This document shows positions 23,947 to 32,000 of a stretch of DNA of 32,000 nucleotides, one piece after another. Position 1 is the stretch's first letter. Every line of letters starts with the position of its first letter. Location: assembly GCF_009831105.1 (NCBI RefSeq), contig NZ_WUUQ01000002.1:480001-512000 (forward strand), given 5' to 3'. A model generated the notes under the pieces. That model was not told the origin of the DNA. It did no database searches and worked only from the letters and a program-made list of their open reading frames with translations. This stretch comes from Copranaerobaculum intestinale (GTDB taxonomy: Bacteria; Bacillota_I; Bacilli_A; Erysipelotrichales; Erysipelotrichaceae). The position numbers and the translations under genes were made by a program.

Positions 23947-25299
23947 ATGTCTTATGAATATATGATCGGACAGCTTTTCGAAGCGTCGCTATATACAATT
24001 CTTTTTTTATTAGCCGGAGTATTTTTGACAACGATCTATCTGCGAACTCATAATAAGCAAATCAACTGGCTTTACCTAGCTGGAAAATATCGATCCGTAC
24101 TATTTACGGTATTTTATTATTTGCTGGTGCTCAGAATTACCTGTTTCAGCCGCATTCATTTTCAGGGTATAAATCTGCGGCTTTTCGCGTCCTATGAGGA
24201 TGCGTGGTTTGGCGGCAGTTCTCATGCTTGGCAGCAGCTGCTTCTTAATATTATTATGTTTATTCCGCTGGGCATGACGTTGCCGTTTGTCCATCGTTTC
24301 TTTCGCCGATGGTATGGCTCTTTGCTTACATTGTTTGGCGGTTCGCTGCTGATTGAAACTATTCAATTTGTTTTTGAGCTGGGAGTTTTTGAAGCTGATG
24401 ATCTTTTGAATAATACATTAGGCGGTATGCTTGGGTTCTGTATCGTCATGATGGTGCTTTCTGCACGGACAAAGCGCTGGAAGCCATTAGCGGGTTATAC
24501 AGCATTACCGGTTATGATATTGCTTATATCTTTGTCAGCGTTCATTTTGTATTGGTCCAAACCATACGGCAATTTGACATATTCTGTCTTTCATCCCTAT
24601 GCGCTCTCGCAAACGAATGTATCATATCGACATAAATTGTCTAAAAAGCAGCCGATGATCGGTATGTACCGCCTGCGTACTCCGAATCAAAAACAGATCC
24701 GGATGCTGATACGAACCCTGGAAATCAAGCTGAAGCTGCAGGATCAGCCTCTCATCAACGAAAATTCGATCCAGCAGGTGCGAGGCTATGCAAATGGACA
24801 GCTGATCATCAATAAAGAAAATGGCAGCTGGTCCTATGCTCGGATTGCCGGCGATGGTACCAATCAAGATAATAATTGGTTAATGGCGAAGCATACCGGA
24901 GAAAAACTGGGGCTTATTGATAGTGCGGCAAAACTTCAAAAACCCGAAGATTCATCGTATGCGGTATGGGTTTGGAAGTTAGATGGCACTCATAACGGGA
25001 AAAAGGGCACGCTGATGCTTTCGTGCGGTGAAAACGGAATCGTAAATTTCATTGATTATGACGTCAGTCAGTATACCTATGTACGAAAAGAAAAAGCGAT
25101 TTCCCAGAATCGGGCTTTTTCAAAATTGAAACACGGAGAATTTCGCGCATCGAGTGCAATCACCGCAAAACGAATCGTCTTTAATCGTGCCGCGTTGGAG
25201 TATCAGCTGGATTCAAAAAATTATTTGCAGCCAGTCTATATCTTTTGGGGAAAGAGTGAACGAAATGAATGGGAAATTGTGATTCCGGCATTACCGTGA
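23947..25299 (+). CDS. VanZ-family membrane protein fused to a ~250-aa extracytoplasmic C-terminal domain
   Basis: SD GAGGAG. The VanZ core reads LLLNIIMFIPLGMTLPF...LLIETIQFVFELGVFEADDLLNNTLGGMLGF. A further TM and a soluble C-terminal domain of unknown family follow. Confidence 0.8.
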   Translation: MSYEYMIGQLFEASLYTILFLLAGVFLTTIYLRTHNKQINWLYLAGKYRSVLFTVFYYLLVLRITCFSRIHFQGINLRLFASYEDAWFGGSSHAWQQLLLNIIMFIPLGMTLPFVHRFFRRWYGSLLTLFGGSLLIETIQFVFELGVFEADDLLNNTLGGMLGFCIVMMVLSARTKRWKPLAGYTALPVMILLISLSAFILYWSKPYGNLTYSVFHPYALSQTNVSYRHKLSKKQPMIGMYRLRTPNQKQIRMLIRTLEIKLKLQDQPLINENSIQQVRGYANGQLIINKENGSWSYARIAGDGTNQDNNWLMAKHTGEKLGLIDSAAKLQKPEDSSYAVWVWKLDGTHNGKKGTLMLSCGENGIVNFIDYDVSQYTYVRKEKAISQNRAFSKLKHGEFRASSAITAKRIVFNRAALEYQLDSKNYLQPVYIFWGKSERNEWEIVIPALP

Positions 25300-25300
25300 C

Positions 25301-25327
25301 AGATGTGAGAAACCTCACATCTTTTTA
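25301..25327 (+). terminator. Rho-independent terminator
   Basis: 9-bp perfect stem AGATGTGAG / CTCACATCT, loop AAAC, T run. Confidence 0.75.
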
Positions 25328-25392
25328 TGTGCAAAAAGTCATGAAAAGCGGGAATGTATCCATATAAAAGTATAGAATCACTGAGCACATTA

Positions 25393-25401
25393 TGGTAAAA
25401 T
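25393..25401 (+). promoter_or_regulatory. Extended -10 element TGgTAAAAT upstream of nusB operon
   Basis: TG at 25393-25394 and TAAAAT at 25396-25401. The SD GGAGGAG and ATG 25427 lie downstream. Confidence 0.4.
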
Positions 25402-25426
25402 AAATAGGATGAACGGAGGAGTAGGA

Positions 25427-25801
25427 ATGAACAGACATCAGCTTCGTGAATTAGCGATGACCTGCCTGTATCAGAGTTTTCTATTAAACAAGGAAATTAA
25501 ACAGGTGGTTTATGATAATTGCGATCATAATGAAATCGATCCGTTTCTGTATACGGTAACGATCGATGCGATGAAATATAAAGATGTATACATTGATCAG
25601 ATCAATCAGGTGCTGCGAAAGGATTGGCAGTTTGACCGTTTGGGATTTGTGGAGCAAGCAATTCTCTTAATGGCCTGCTGTGAAATTGACCTGGAAACAG
25701 CGCAGAAACCAATTGTGATCGATGAGGCGGTAACCCTGGCTAAAAAATACTGCGATGATGATACATACAAATTAATAAACGGTGTTTTGGATAAATTATG
25801 A
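25427..25801 (+). CDS. nusB: Transcription antitermination factor NusB
   Basis: ATG 25427 follows GGAGGAGTAGGA. The N-terminus MNRHQLRELAMTCLYQ, then R....E.AIL..A..E and EAV.LAKKY....T.KLINGVLD, are typical of NusB. Confidence 0.92.
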   Translation: MNRHQLRELAMTCLYQSFLLNKEIKQVVYDNCDHNEIDPFLYTVTIDAMKYKDVYIDQINQVLRKDWQFDRLGFVEQAILLMACCEIDLETAQKPIVIDEAVTLAKKYCDDDTYKLINGVLDKL

Positions 25802-27132
25802 GTTCACCGGTTTACACGGTTTCTGCCCTGGTGCGTTATATCAAGTCCGCTTTGGACAACGATATGAATCTCCAGGCTGTTTTCATTAAAGGTGAAATTT
25901 CAAATTTTACCAATCATCGCAGCGGACATTGGTATTTTACGCTAAAGGATGCAAAGGCACGAATCAGCTGTGTAATGTTCAGCAGCTATGCGTCACGCTG
26001 TCCAATCATGTTGAAGGAAGGTATGAAAGTATTGATAACCGCTTCGGTTTCCATGTACGAAGCGGCCGGATCTACCCAGCTGTATGTAACGAAAGTGCAG
26101 GCTGACGGAATTGGAGATCTGTATTTACAGCTGGAACAGACGAAAGCAAGACTTGCTAAGGAAGGGCTGTTTGATCCTATGCATAAAAAGCCGCTGCCTA
26201 CTTATCCTATGTCGATCGGTATTATCACCGCAAAGACTGGGGCGGCGGTACAGGATATGCTGACGACCATTGCCCGGCGCTGGCCGTTGGCCAAGGTACA
26301 GGTTTATCCGACACTGGTGCAGGGCAGTACCGCAAGTGAACAGTTGATTCAGGTACTGCAAAGGGCTGATCAAAACGGTCATGAAGTGCTGCTGCTGGCG
26401 CGCGGCGGAGGATCCTTGGAAGACCTTTGGTGCTTTAATGATGAAGCGCTGGCACGAACTGTTTACCAGTTGAAAACAGTAGTCGTAACGGGAGTCGGTC
26501 ATGAAACAGATACAACGCTAGTGGATTATGTCAGCGATGCGCGGGCACCTACACCAACTGCGGCAGCTGAGCTGATTACCCCGGATCGGCACGAAGTGCT
26601 TCAAAAGCTGACAAGCATGCGGCAGCGGATGCTGCAGGCATTGCGGGGGCTGGATCAAAAGAGTCGGAGCAGCTTGGAATCGATGAAAAACAACCGCTAT
26701 TTGAAAAATCCGCTTGCTTATGCCGAACGGCAAAAGCTGCAGCTGGCAATGATGGTTAAGTCGTTGGGAGATGTAGAAAACCGGGTGGAGCGAAGCCGTC
26801 ATACGCTGTCGCTGGAGGCGCGGAAGCTTGCTTATCAGGCGGCCTTGCTGTTACAGCAGACGACTCGTCGAAATGAGCGCATAGAAAAGCAGATGATCGA
26901 CATTATGCAGGAGAAAACTCGTGTTTATAAAGCACAGATGGCACATCAGACGGCTTTATTAGATGCCTTCAGTCCATTGAAAATATTAAATCGCGGATAC
27001 AGTATTGTGTCCAAGGAGTCTATTATACGAAGTGTGACCCAGCTTCAGCTTCGGGATGAAGTAGAAATTCGCTTTGCGGATGGCCGGGCGATCGCACAGA
27101 TAGAGAACGTAAAGGAGAATGACCATGAGTGA
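25798..27132 (+). CDS. xseA: Exodeoxyribonuclease VII large subunit
   Basis: 4-nt overlap with nusB. YTVSALVRYIKSALD...GEISNF..HRSGHWYFTLKD (OB fold) and ARGGGSLEDLW.FN are present. Confidence 0.93.
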   Translation: MSSPVYTVSALVRYIKSALDNDMNLQAVFIKGEISNFTNHRSGHWYFTLKDAKARISCVMFSSYASRCPIMLKEGMKVLITASVSMYEAAGSTQLYVTKVQADGIGDLYLQLEQTKARLAKEGLFDPMHKKPLPTYPMSIGIITAKTGAAVQDMLTTIARRWPLAKVQVYPTLVQGSTASEQLIQVLQRADQNGHEVLLLARGGGSLEDLWCFNDEALARTVYQLKTVVVTGVGHETDTTLVDYVSDARAPTPTAAAELITPDRHEVLQKLTSMRQRMLQALRGLDQKSRSSLESMKNNRYLKNPLAYAERQKLQLAMMVKSLGDVENRVERSRHTLSLEARKLAYQAALLLQQTTRRNERIEKQMIDIMQEKTRVYKAQMAHQTALLDAFSPLKILNRGYSIVSKESIIRSVTQLQLRDEVEIRFADGRAIAQIENVKENDHE

Positions 27133-27334
27133 GGAAAAGACATTTACTGATTCAATGAACCGGTTAGATGAGATAACTGCAGCTTTAGAAGCGAATGAAT
27201 TGGAGCTGGAAGCGGCCATTGAATTGTTTGAAGAAGGACTGAAACTGGTCAATGACTGTGATAAGCAGCTGAAATCATTTGAGAATCGGGTGCAGGATCT
27301 TCTACAGACTTATCAGGAGGGTAGTGAATCATGA
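27125..27334 (+). CDS. xseB: Exodeoxyribonuclease VII small subunit
   Basis: ATG 27125 lies 7 nt after AAGGAG, while ATG 27119 is too close to it. FTDSMNRLDEI...LE..ELELE.AIELFEEGLKL is typical of XseB. Confidence 0.9.
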   Translation: MSEEKTFTDSMNRLDEITAALEANELELEAAIELFEEGLKLVNDCDKQLKSFENRVQDLLQTYQEGSES

Positions 27335-28170
27335 ATGAATTTGAGGATTATTTAGCTACCTGTCTCGATGAACTGCCTGCTTCACCGGTGAAGGATGCAA
27401 TGTATTATTCGCTGTTAGCCGGAGGCAAACGAATTCGTCCAAACCTGCTTTTTTGCGGTTTAATGGCTTATGGCCTGGACCCGAAAAAGGGATATGCGGC
27501 AGCGGCAGCGATTGAGATGATTCACACATATTCGCTTATTCACGATGATCTTCCGGCCATGGATAACGATACCTTGCGGCGCGGTAAGCCAACCTGTCAT
27601 ATCGCCTACGGAGAGGCAACGGCAATTCTGGCCGGTGATGCTCTGCTCACCCAGGCATTTGTGGAGGCGACAAGGGCGAGTGATGATACCAATGCGGTGA
27701 CGCATATCGTTAAAGCACTAGCAGAATACAGCGGTGCGGAAGGCATGGTATTGGGACAATCCCGTGATCTGGAAGCTCAGGCGCAGCCGGCAAAAAGCAT
27801 TGAAGCTTTGAAAAATATTCATTTATATAAAACCGGTAAATTATTGACATTGCCATTGCTGTTTGCCTGTCTATTGGCCGGTAAACGGCAGGACCGAGAA
27901 GCCTGGAAGCAGATTGGTCAAAACATCGGACTGGCATTTCAAATTCAGGATGATATATTTGATGTGACGGCGAGTGTGGAACTGCTTGGCAAGAGCAGCA
28001 GTGATCTTGCCAACGATAAAGCTACTTATGTGAAATTCATGGGAATTGAAGCCGCACAGGAAGAGGTGTCAAGGCTGCTGAATGAATCACGCACGATGAT
28101 TAAGCAGCTGCAGCTTCATGACAAACCGCTGCTGACACTGATTGATACGATTGCAAAGCGTGAGAGCTGA
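27331..28170 (+). CDS. ispA: Farnesyl/geranyl diphosphate synthase (short-chain polyprenyl synthetase)
   Basis: 4-nt overlap with xseB. The first Asp-rich motif is LIHDDLPAMDNDTLRRGKPT and the second is FQIQDDIFD. Confidence 0.92.
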   Translation: MNEFEDYLATCLDELPASPVKDAMYYSLLAGGKRIRPNLLFCGLMAYGLDPKKGYAAAAAIEMIHTYSLIHDDLPAMDNDTLRRGKPTCHIAYGEATAILAGDALLTQAFVEATRASDDTNAVTHIVKALAEYSGAEGMVLGQSRDLEAQAQPAKSIEALKNIHLYKTGKLLTLPLLFACLLAGKRQDREAWKQIGQNIGLAFQIQDDIFDVTASVELLGKSSSDLANDKATYVKFMGIEAAQEEVSRLLNESRTMIKQLQLHDKPLLTLIDTIAKRES

Positions 28171-28184
28171 AAGGAGCGTGCCTT

Positions 28185-30047
28185 ATGAATATCTTTGATA
28201 TAAAGGGGCCGGAAGATATTAAATCGTTAGATGAAACAGAACTGACGCTGATGGCGGAGGATATTCGCCAATTTTTGATTTTGAGTATTGCCAAGACCGG
28301 CGGTCATCTATCCAGCAATTTGGGGATTGTAGAGCTGACACTGGCACTACATTATGTTTTTGATTCACCGCAGGATAAGATTTTTTTTGATGTCGGACAT
28401 CAAAGCTATGTCCATAAAATCTTAACCGGCAGAGTGAATGAGTTTGCCTCGCTTCGCCAGTATAAAGGAATTGCCGGGTTTCAAAAACGCGTGGAAAGTA
28501 CACATGATGTTTGGGAAGCCGGTCATTCTTCTACTTCTTTATCGGCAGCCTTAGGAATGGCGGTCGCTCGTGATCTGAATCACGAAGGCTATCAGGTGAT
28601 TCCGATCATCGGAGATGCGGCTTTGACCAGCGGTATGGCAATGGAAGCCCTCAATCAAATCGGCAGTGAAGGCCGAAAGATGGTAATTGTGTTTAATGAC
28701 AACAATATGTCTATTTCACAGAATGTCGGAGCGATGGACGAAGCGTTCACAAGGCTGAGAACATCTAAACCGTATAATACGATCAAGACTGATCTAAAAG
28801 AGGTTTTATCAATCAATAAGGTTGGTAAATCTTTATTGGAAGGCATGCGCAATATTAAAAATGCCGTTAAGGAAAATGTTGTGGATACCTCGATTTTCGG
28901 GGAATTCAAATTGGACTATATCGGACCTGTGGACGGTCATGATCTGCATGATTTAATTCGGGTATTCAAACAGGTCAAAAATCATGAAGGCCCGATCGTT
29001 GTACATGTGATTACAAAAAAAGGAAAGGGCTATCCGTTTGCGGAAGAAGATCGCAGCGGTAAATGGCATGGGGTTTCACAGTTTGATCCGGTAACCGGAA
29101 AAAGCTTGGCGATGCTTCCGGCAGGTCATCTGTCCTGGAGTGAGGTCATTTCCAATACGTTAGTACGGCTGGCTGCGGAGAATGAGGACATTGTTGCGAT
29201 AACACCGGCGATGATCGGCGGTTCCAAGCTGCAGAATTTCTTTGATGCCTATCCAAAGCGGTCCTTCGACTGCGGGATTGCGGAAGAGCATGCGATGACG
29301 TTTGCGGCCAGCTTGGCACTCAATGGGAAGCGCCCATTTTTATCGATCTATTCATCTTTCCTACAACGGGCATACGATCAGATATCACATGATGTTGCCC
29401 GGATGCATTTGCCGGTGGTTATCGGTATTGATCGTGCGGGACTGGTTGGGGAAGATGGTGAAACGCATCATGGTGTCTTTGATATAGCGATGCTTCGACC
29501 GCTTCCGAATATGGTGATTGCACAGCCGAAGGACAGCAATGAAGCGCAGCTAATGCTGGCGCTGGCATTTCATCAAGACTCACCGTTTGCGATTCGCTAT
29601 CCACGGGGAAATGTTCCGTTTACACCGATCAATTTAGATGCCTGTGATATAAAAATCGGCACCTGGACAATTTGGGAGAGTGAGGAACCGAGCAAAGTAA
29701 TTGTCATTTCCTATGGTCCGGATGTGGATCGGATCATTGCCAAAGCAAAAGTGAATAATAAGCATATAACCATTGTGAATGCCCGATTCTTTAAGCCGAT
29801 TGACGAGGAAATGCTGGTAACGCTGATTCAGCGGAAGCTGCCGATTATTATTTATGAAACCGATATGCTGTGCGGCGGCTTATCTGATGCGATTCTTTCC
29901 TATTGTAATGATAATCAAATCACCAAGCAGTTTATTCGCATCGGTTTGGAGGATCACTTTGTAGAGCATGGTTCACTGCCGCAGCTGCGCAAAGCTGAGC
30001 ATATTGATACAAATTCTTTATTTGAGGTAATATCTCAATATGATTGA
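28185..30047 (+). CDS. dxs: 1-deoxy-D-xylulose-5-phosphate synthase
   Basis: GGHLSSNLGIVELTLALHYVF, GHQSYVHKILTGR, IGDAALTSGMA and IAEEHA are diagnostic DXS/TPP motifs. Confidence 0.95.
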   Translation: MNIFDIKGPEDIKSLDETELTLMAEDIRQFLILSIAKTGGHLSSNLGIVELTLALHYVFDSPQDKIFFDVGHQSYVHKILTGRVNEFASLRQYKGIAGFQKRVESTHDVWEAGHSSTSLSAALGMAVARDLNHEGYQVIPIIGDAALTSGMAMEALNQIGSEGRKMVIVFNDNNMSISQNVGAMDEAFTRLRTSKPYNTIKTDLKEVLSINKVGKSLLEGMRNIKNAVKENVVDTSIFGEFKLDYIGPVDGHDLHDLIRVFKQVKNHEGPIVVHVITKKGKGYPFAEEDRSGKWHGVSQFDPVTGKSLAMLPAGHLSWSEVISNTLVRLAAENEDIVAITPAMIGGSKLQNFFDAYPKRSFDCGIAEEHAMTFAASLALNGKRPFLSIYSSFLQRAYDQISHDVARMHLPVVIGIDRAGLVGEDGETHHGVFDIAMLRPLPNMVIAQPKDSNEAQLMLALAFHQDSPFAIRYPRGNVPFTPINLDACDIKIGTWTIWESEEPSKVIVISYGPDVDRIIAKAKVNNKHITIVNARFFKPIDEEMLVTLIQRKLPIIIYETDMLCGGLSDAILSYCNDNQITKQFIRIGLEDHFVEHGSLPQLRKAEHIDTNSLFEVISQYD

Positions 30048-30828
30048 ACGGCTTGACAAAAGCCTGGTGGCGATTGGGCTAAGTGATACGCGTACAAATG
30101 CACAGGATGCGATTTCACAGGGTCGGATCAAGGTTAATGGTAAGATCATTACAAAACGCAGTCTGTTGATAGATACAGAAGCGGATCGGATTGAATTGGA
30201 ATCGTTGGCGCAGTCCTTTGCCTCCCGGGCAGGATGGAAGCTGCATGGTGCCTTGGATCGCTTTCAGATTGATGTAAAGGATCGCGTTATCATAGATGTA
30301 GGGGCGAGCACCGGTGGTTTTACCGATGTCTGTCTGCAGCGGCATGCCCTGCTGGTCTACGCGTTGGACGTCGGACACGATCAACTGCTGGAACGTTTAA
30401 AAAAAGATCCCAGAGTGATCAATCGTGAAGGGGTGAACTGCCGGTATCTCGATGAAACCATGTTTGAAAGCAAACCGGATTTTGCCTGTATCGATGTATC
30501 ATTTATATCCGTGAAGCAGATTCTTCCCAGCGTTCTAAACGTGCTGAAAGGCCATAAGGAAATGGTTGTATTGATTAAGCCGCAGTTTGAAGCGGGAAAG
30601 GCTGCGTTAAACAAACACGGCGTGATCCGCGATGCGAAAATTCATCGTCAAGTATTGCAGGATATGATTCAATTTGTCGAAGAATTGGGGCTTTATGTCC
30701 ACCATCTGGCGAATAGCTCAATCATGGGAAGAGATGGAAATCGGGAATTTGTCATGCATATATCCAATATCCCTATCCAACGTAGTTTTGATATCTTTCG
30801 CATCGTTTCAGAAAAAAACGAAACATGA
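30040..30828 (+). CDS. tlyA: TlyA-family rRNA (cytidine-2'-O)-methyltransferase (S4 + FtsJ domains)
   Basis: 8-nt overlap with dxs. An N-terminal S4-like segment, DVGASTGGFTD (the SAM-binding motif) and IKPQFEAGK are present. The position matches Bacillus yqxC. Confidence 0.9.
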   Translation: MIERLDKSLVAIGLSDTRTNAQDAISQGRIKVNGKIITKRSLLIDTEADRIELESLAQSFASRAGWKLHGALDRFQIDVKDRVIIDVGASTGGFTDVCLQRHALLVYALDVGHDQLLERLKKDPRVINREGVNCRYLDETMFESKPDFACIDVSFISVKQILPSVLNVLKGHKEMVVLIKPQFEAGKAALNKHGVIRDAKIHRQVLQDMIQFVEELGLYVHHLANSSIMGRDGNREFVMHISNIPIQRSFDIFRIVSEKNET

Positions 30829-30838
30829 GGTGAGAAAA

Positions 30839-32000
30839 ATGCTTACATCGATTTATGTTAAGAATTTTATCTTATTTGATGCTTTAACATTAACTTTTGA
30901 GAACCATATGTCGGCTTTTATCGGAGAAACCGGTGCCGGCAAGTCACTTCTGATTGACGCTATCTCCTTATTGATGGGAGAGCGCGCAAACGCTTCATTG
31001 GTGAAGCAGGGAAGAGACAAAGCGGTGATCGAAGGTGTTTTTCGCGTTGATGAAAACCGTGCAGTGCAAGCAAAGCTGGAAACGGACGGGTATGATCTGG
31101 ATGAAAACCTGCTGGTTTTAACACGCGAGATTACCAATGACGGAAAAAGCATAGCTCGAATCAATCATCGCCAAACTACCGTTTCTTACTTAAAGGAGCT
31201 AGGGCTGCTTTTGTTGGACATTCATTCACAGCATGATACACAGTACTTGCTGAATAGCCGCTATCACGGCTCTTTATTGGATCGCTATTGTAATCAGGAG
31301 GAGCTGCTGAATCAGGTACAGGAGGCATACGATGTCTATAAAAAGGCAAAGGATGCTTTAGAAACTGCCCTGCATCAGGATTACAATGAAGATGATTTAG
31401 AGTTTTTACAGTATCAGCTTCAGGAGATACAGGATGTACAGCTTCAGGAAGAAGAAATTGAATCGTTGGAAAGCCAACAGAAGCAGATGATGGCATTTGA
31501 AAAAATCAATGGTCATCTGCAGGCCTCGATTGAGTCTTTGGATGGTACTCATGCGGTTATGGAACAACTCTATGAAGCATGCCGACAGCTTGATGCGTTA
31601 CGGGAATTTGATGAAATTGCCGGATGTGCGGATCGCCTTTATGATACCTATTATGGTTTAGAAGAGCAGCTCCAGGAATTGAAATCAATTGCCGAGCATC
31701 AGGAATTTGATGAGCAGGTATTTAATGATATACAGGAACGGCTGTTCATCATTCATAAAATCATTCGTAAGTACGGTGGAACCGTTCGTCAGGTTCAGGA
31801 GAAGGAGCAGGAACTTGCTTCACGAATTGAGCAGATAACTCATCGCCAGGAGTATTTGGATAAGCAGCAGGCAATCGTAAAAGATGCCGAAGCAAGCTAT
31901 CGTAAACTGGCAGAAAAACTATCGGTGATCCGCAAAAAACAGGCAAAGATACTGGAAACCGCAATTATGAAAGAACTTGCTGATCTTCATCTTCCGCATG
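30839..32000 (+). CDS. recN: DNA repair protein RecN (3'-truncated by window edge)
   Basis: This gene is not in the ORF track because it has no stop inside the window. I translated the frame from ATG 30839 (SD GAGGTGAG) by hand and it stays open to position 32000. It reads MLTSIYVKNFILFDALTLTFENHMSAFIGETGAGKSLLIDAISLLMGERA..., with the RecN Walker A followed by a coiled-coil region. Confidence 0.9.
   Translation, partial: MLTSIYVKNFILFDALTLTFENHMSAFIGETGAGKSLLIDAISLLMGERANASLVKQGRDKAVIEGVFRVDENRAVQAKLETDGYDLDENLLVLTREITNDGKSIARINHRQTTVSYLKELGLLLLDIHSQHDTQYLLNSRYHGSLLDRYCNQEELLNQVQEAYDVYKKAKDALETALHQDYNEDDLEFLQYQLQEIQDVQLQEEEIESLESQQKQMMAFEKINGHLQASIESLDGTHAVMEQLYEACRQLDALREFDEIAGCADRLYDTYYGLEEQLQELKSIAEHQEFDEQVFNDIQERLFIIHKIIRKYGGTVRQVQEKEQELASRIEQITHRQEYLDKQQAIVKDAEASYRKLAEKLSVIRKKQAKILETAIMKELADLHLPH

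Noticed and set aside
30853-31964. Minus-strand ORFs at 30853-31164, 31176-31496 and 31761-31964, listed where the ORF track shows no + strand gene.
   Set aside because: The + strand frame from ATG 30839 stays open to the window end and encodes an obvious RecN (GETGAGKS Walker A). It is missing from the track only because it has no in-window stop.
1-32000. CRISPR arrays, tRNA/rRNA genes, IS elements, integrases, and riboswitches upstream of ribF or dxs.
   Set aside because: I saw no repeat-spacer periodicity, no tRNA-like cloverleaf segments, no transposase or integrase-like ORFs, and no long structured leaders. ribF and dxs are translationally coupled or closely spaced to upstream genes. 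By-eye inspection cannot exclude small or degenerate elements.

Overview
This is a 32 kb chromosomal segment from a low-GC Gram-positive bacterium (Bacillota). That call rests on extended -10 promoters (TGnTATAAT), strong AGGAGG Shine-Dalgarno (SD) sites, and a Bacillus-like gene order: spoIIIAH - asp23 - nusB - xseA - xseB - ispA - dxs - tlyA - recN. I call 33 CDS, 31 on the + strand. Most are housekeeping genes: lspA, rluD, dCMP deaminase, truB, ribF, the nusB-to-recN block, a heterodimeric ABC exporter, a dimeric dUTPase and an M18 aminopeptidase. I recognised no rRNA, tRNA, CRISPR array, transposase or integrase.

Items that stand out:
1. 19267-20640: a divergent RelA/SpoT (small-alarmone-synthetase-like) nucleotidyltransferase domain fused to an unrecognisable ~265-aa C-terminal domain. 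It follows the ribF stop by 3 nt and has lower GC than its neighbours. It is a candidate fused toxSAS/CapRel-like or otherwise novel RSH-family enzyme.
2. ~10.5-13.3 kb: a sharply AT-rich two-gene islet, a DUF1430/FtsX-like membrane protein plus a lactococcin-972-group ABC ATPase, with no bacteriocin gene beside it.
3. 8683-9927: a YqgP/GluP-like rhomboid homologue in which both catalytic dyad residues are replaced, inside the lspA operon.
4. ~7075-7190: a promoter-to-terminator unit that looks like a small RNA with an exposed CCUCCUU anti-SD motif.
5. Two terminator hairpins positioned to control downstream genes, upstream of the ABC exporter and over the SD of the spoIIIAH-like gene.

All product calls come from motif recognition by eye. 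No database search was possible.
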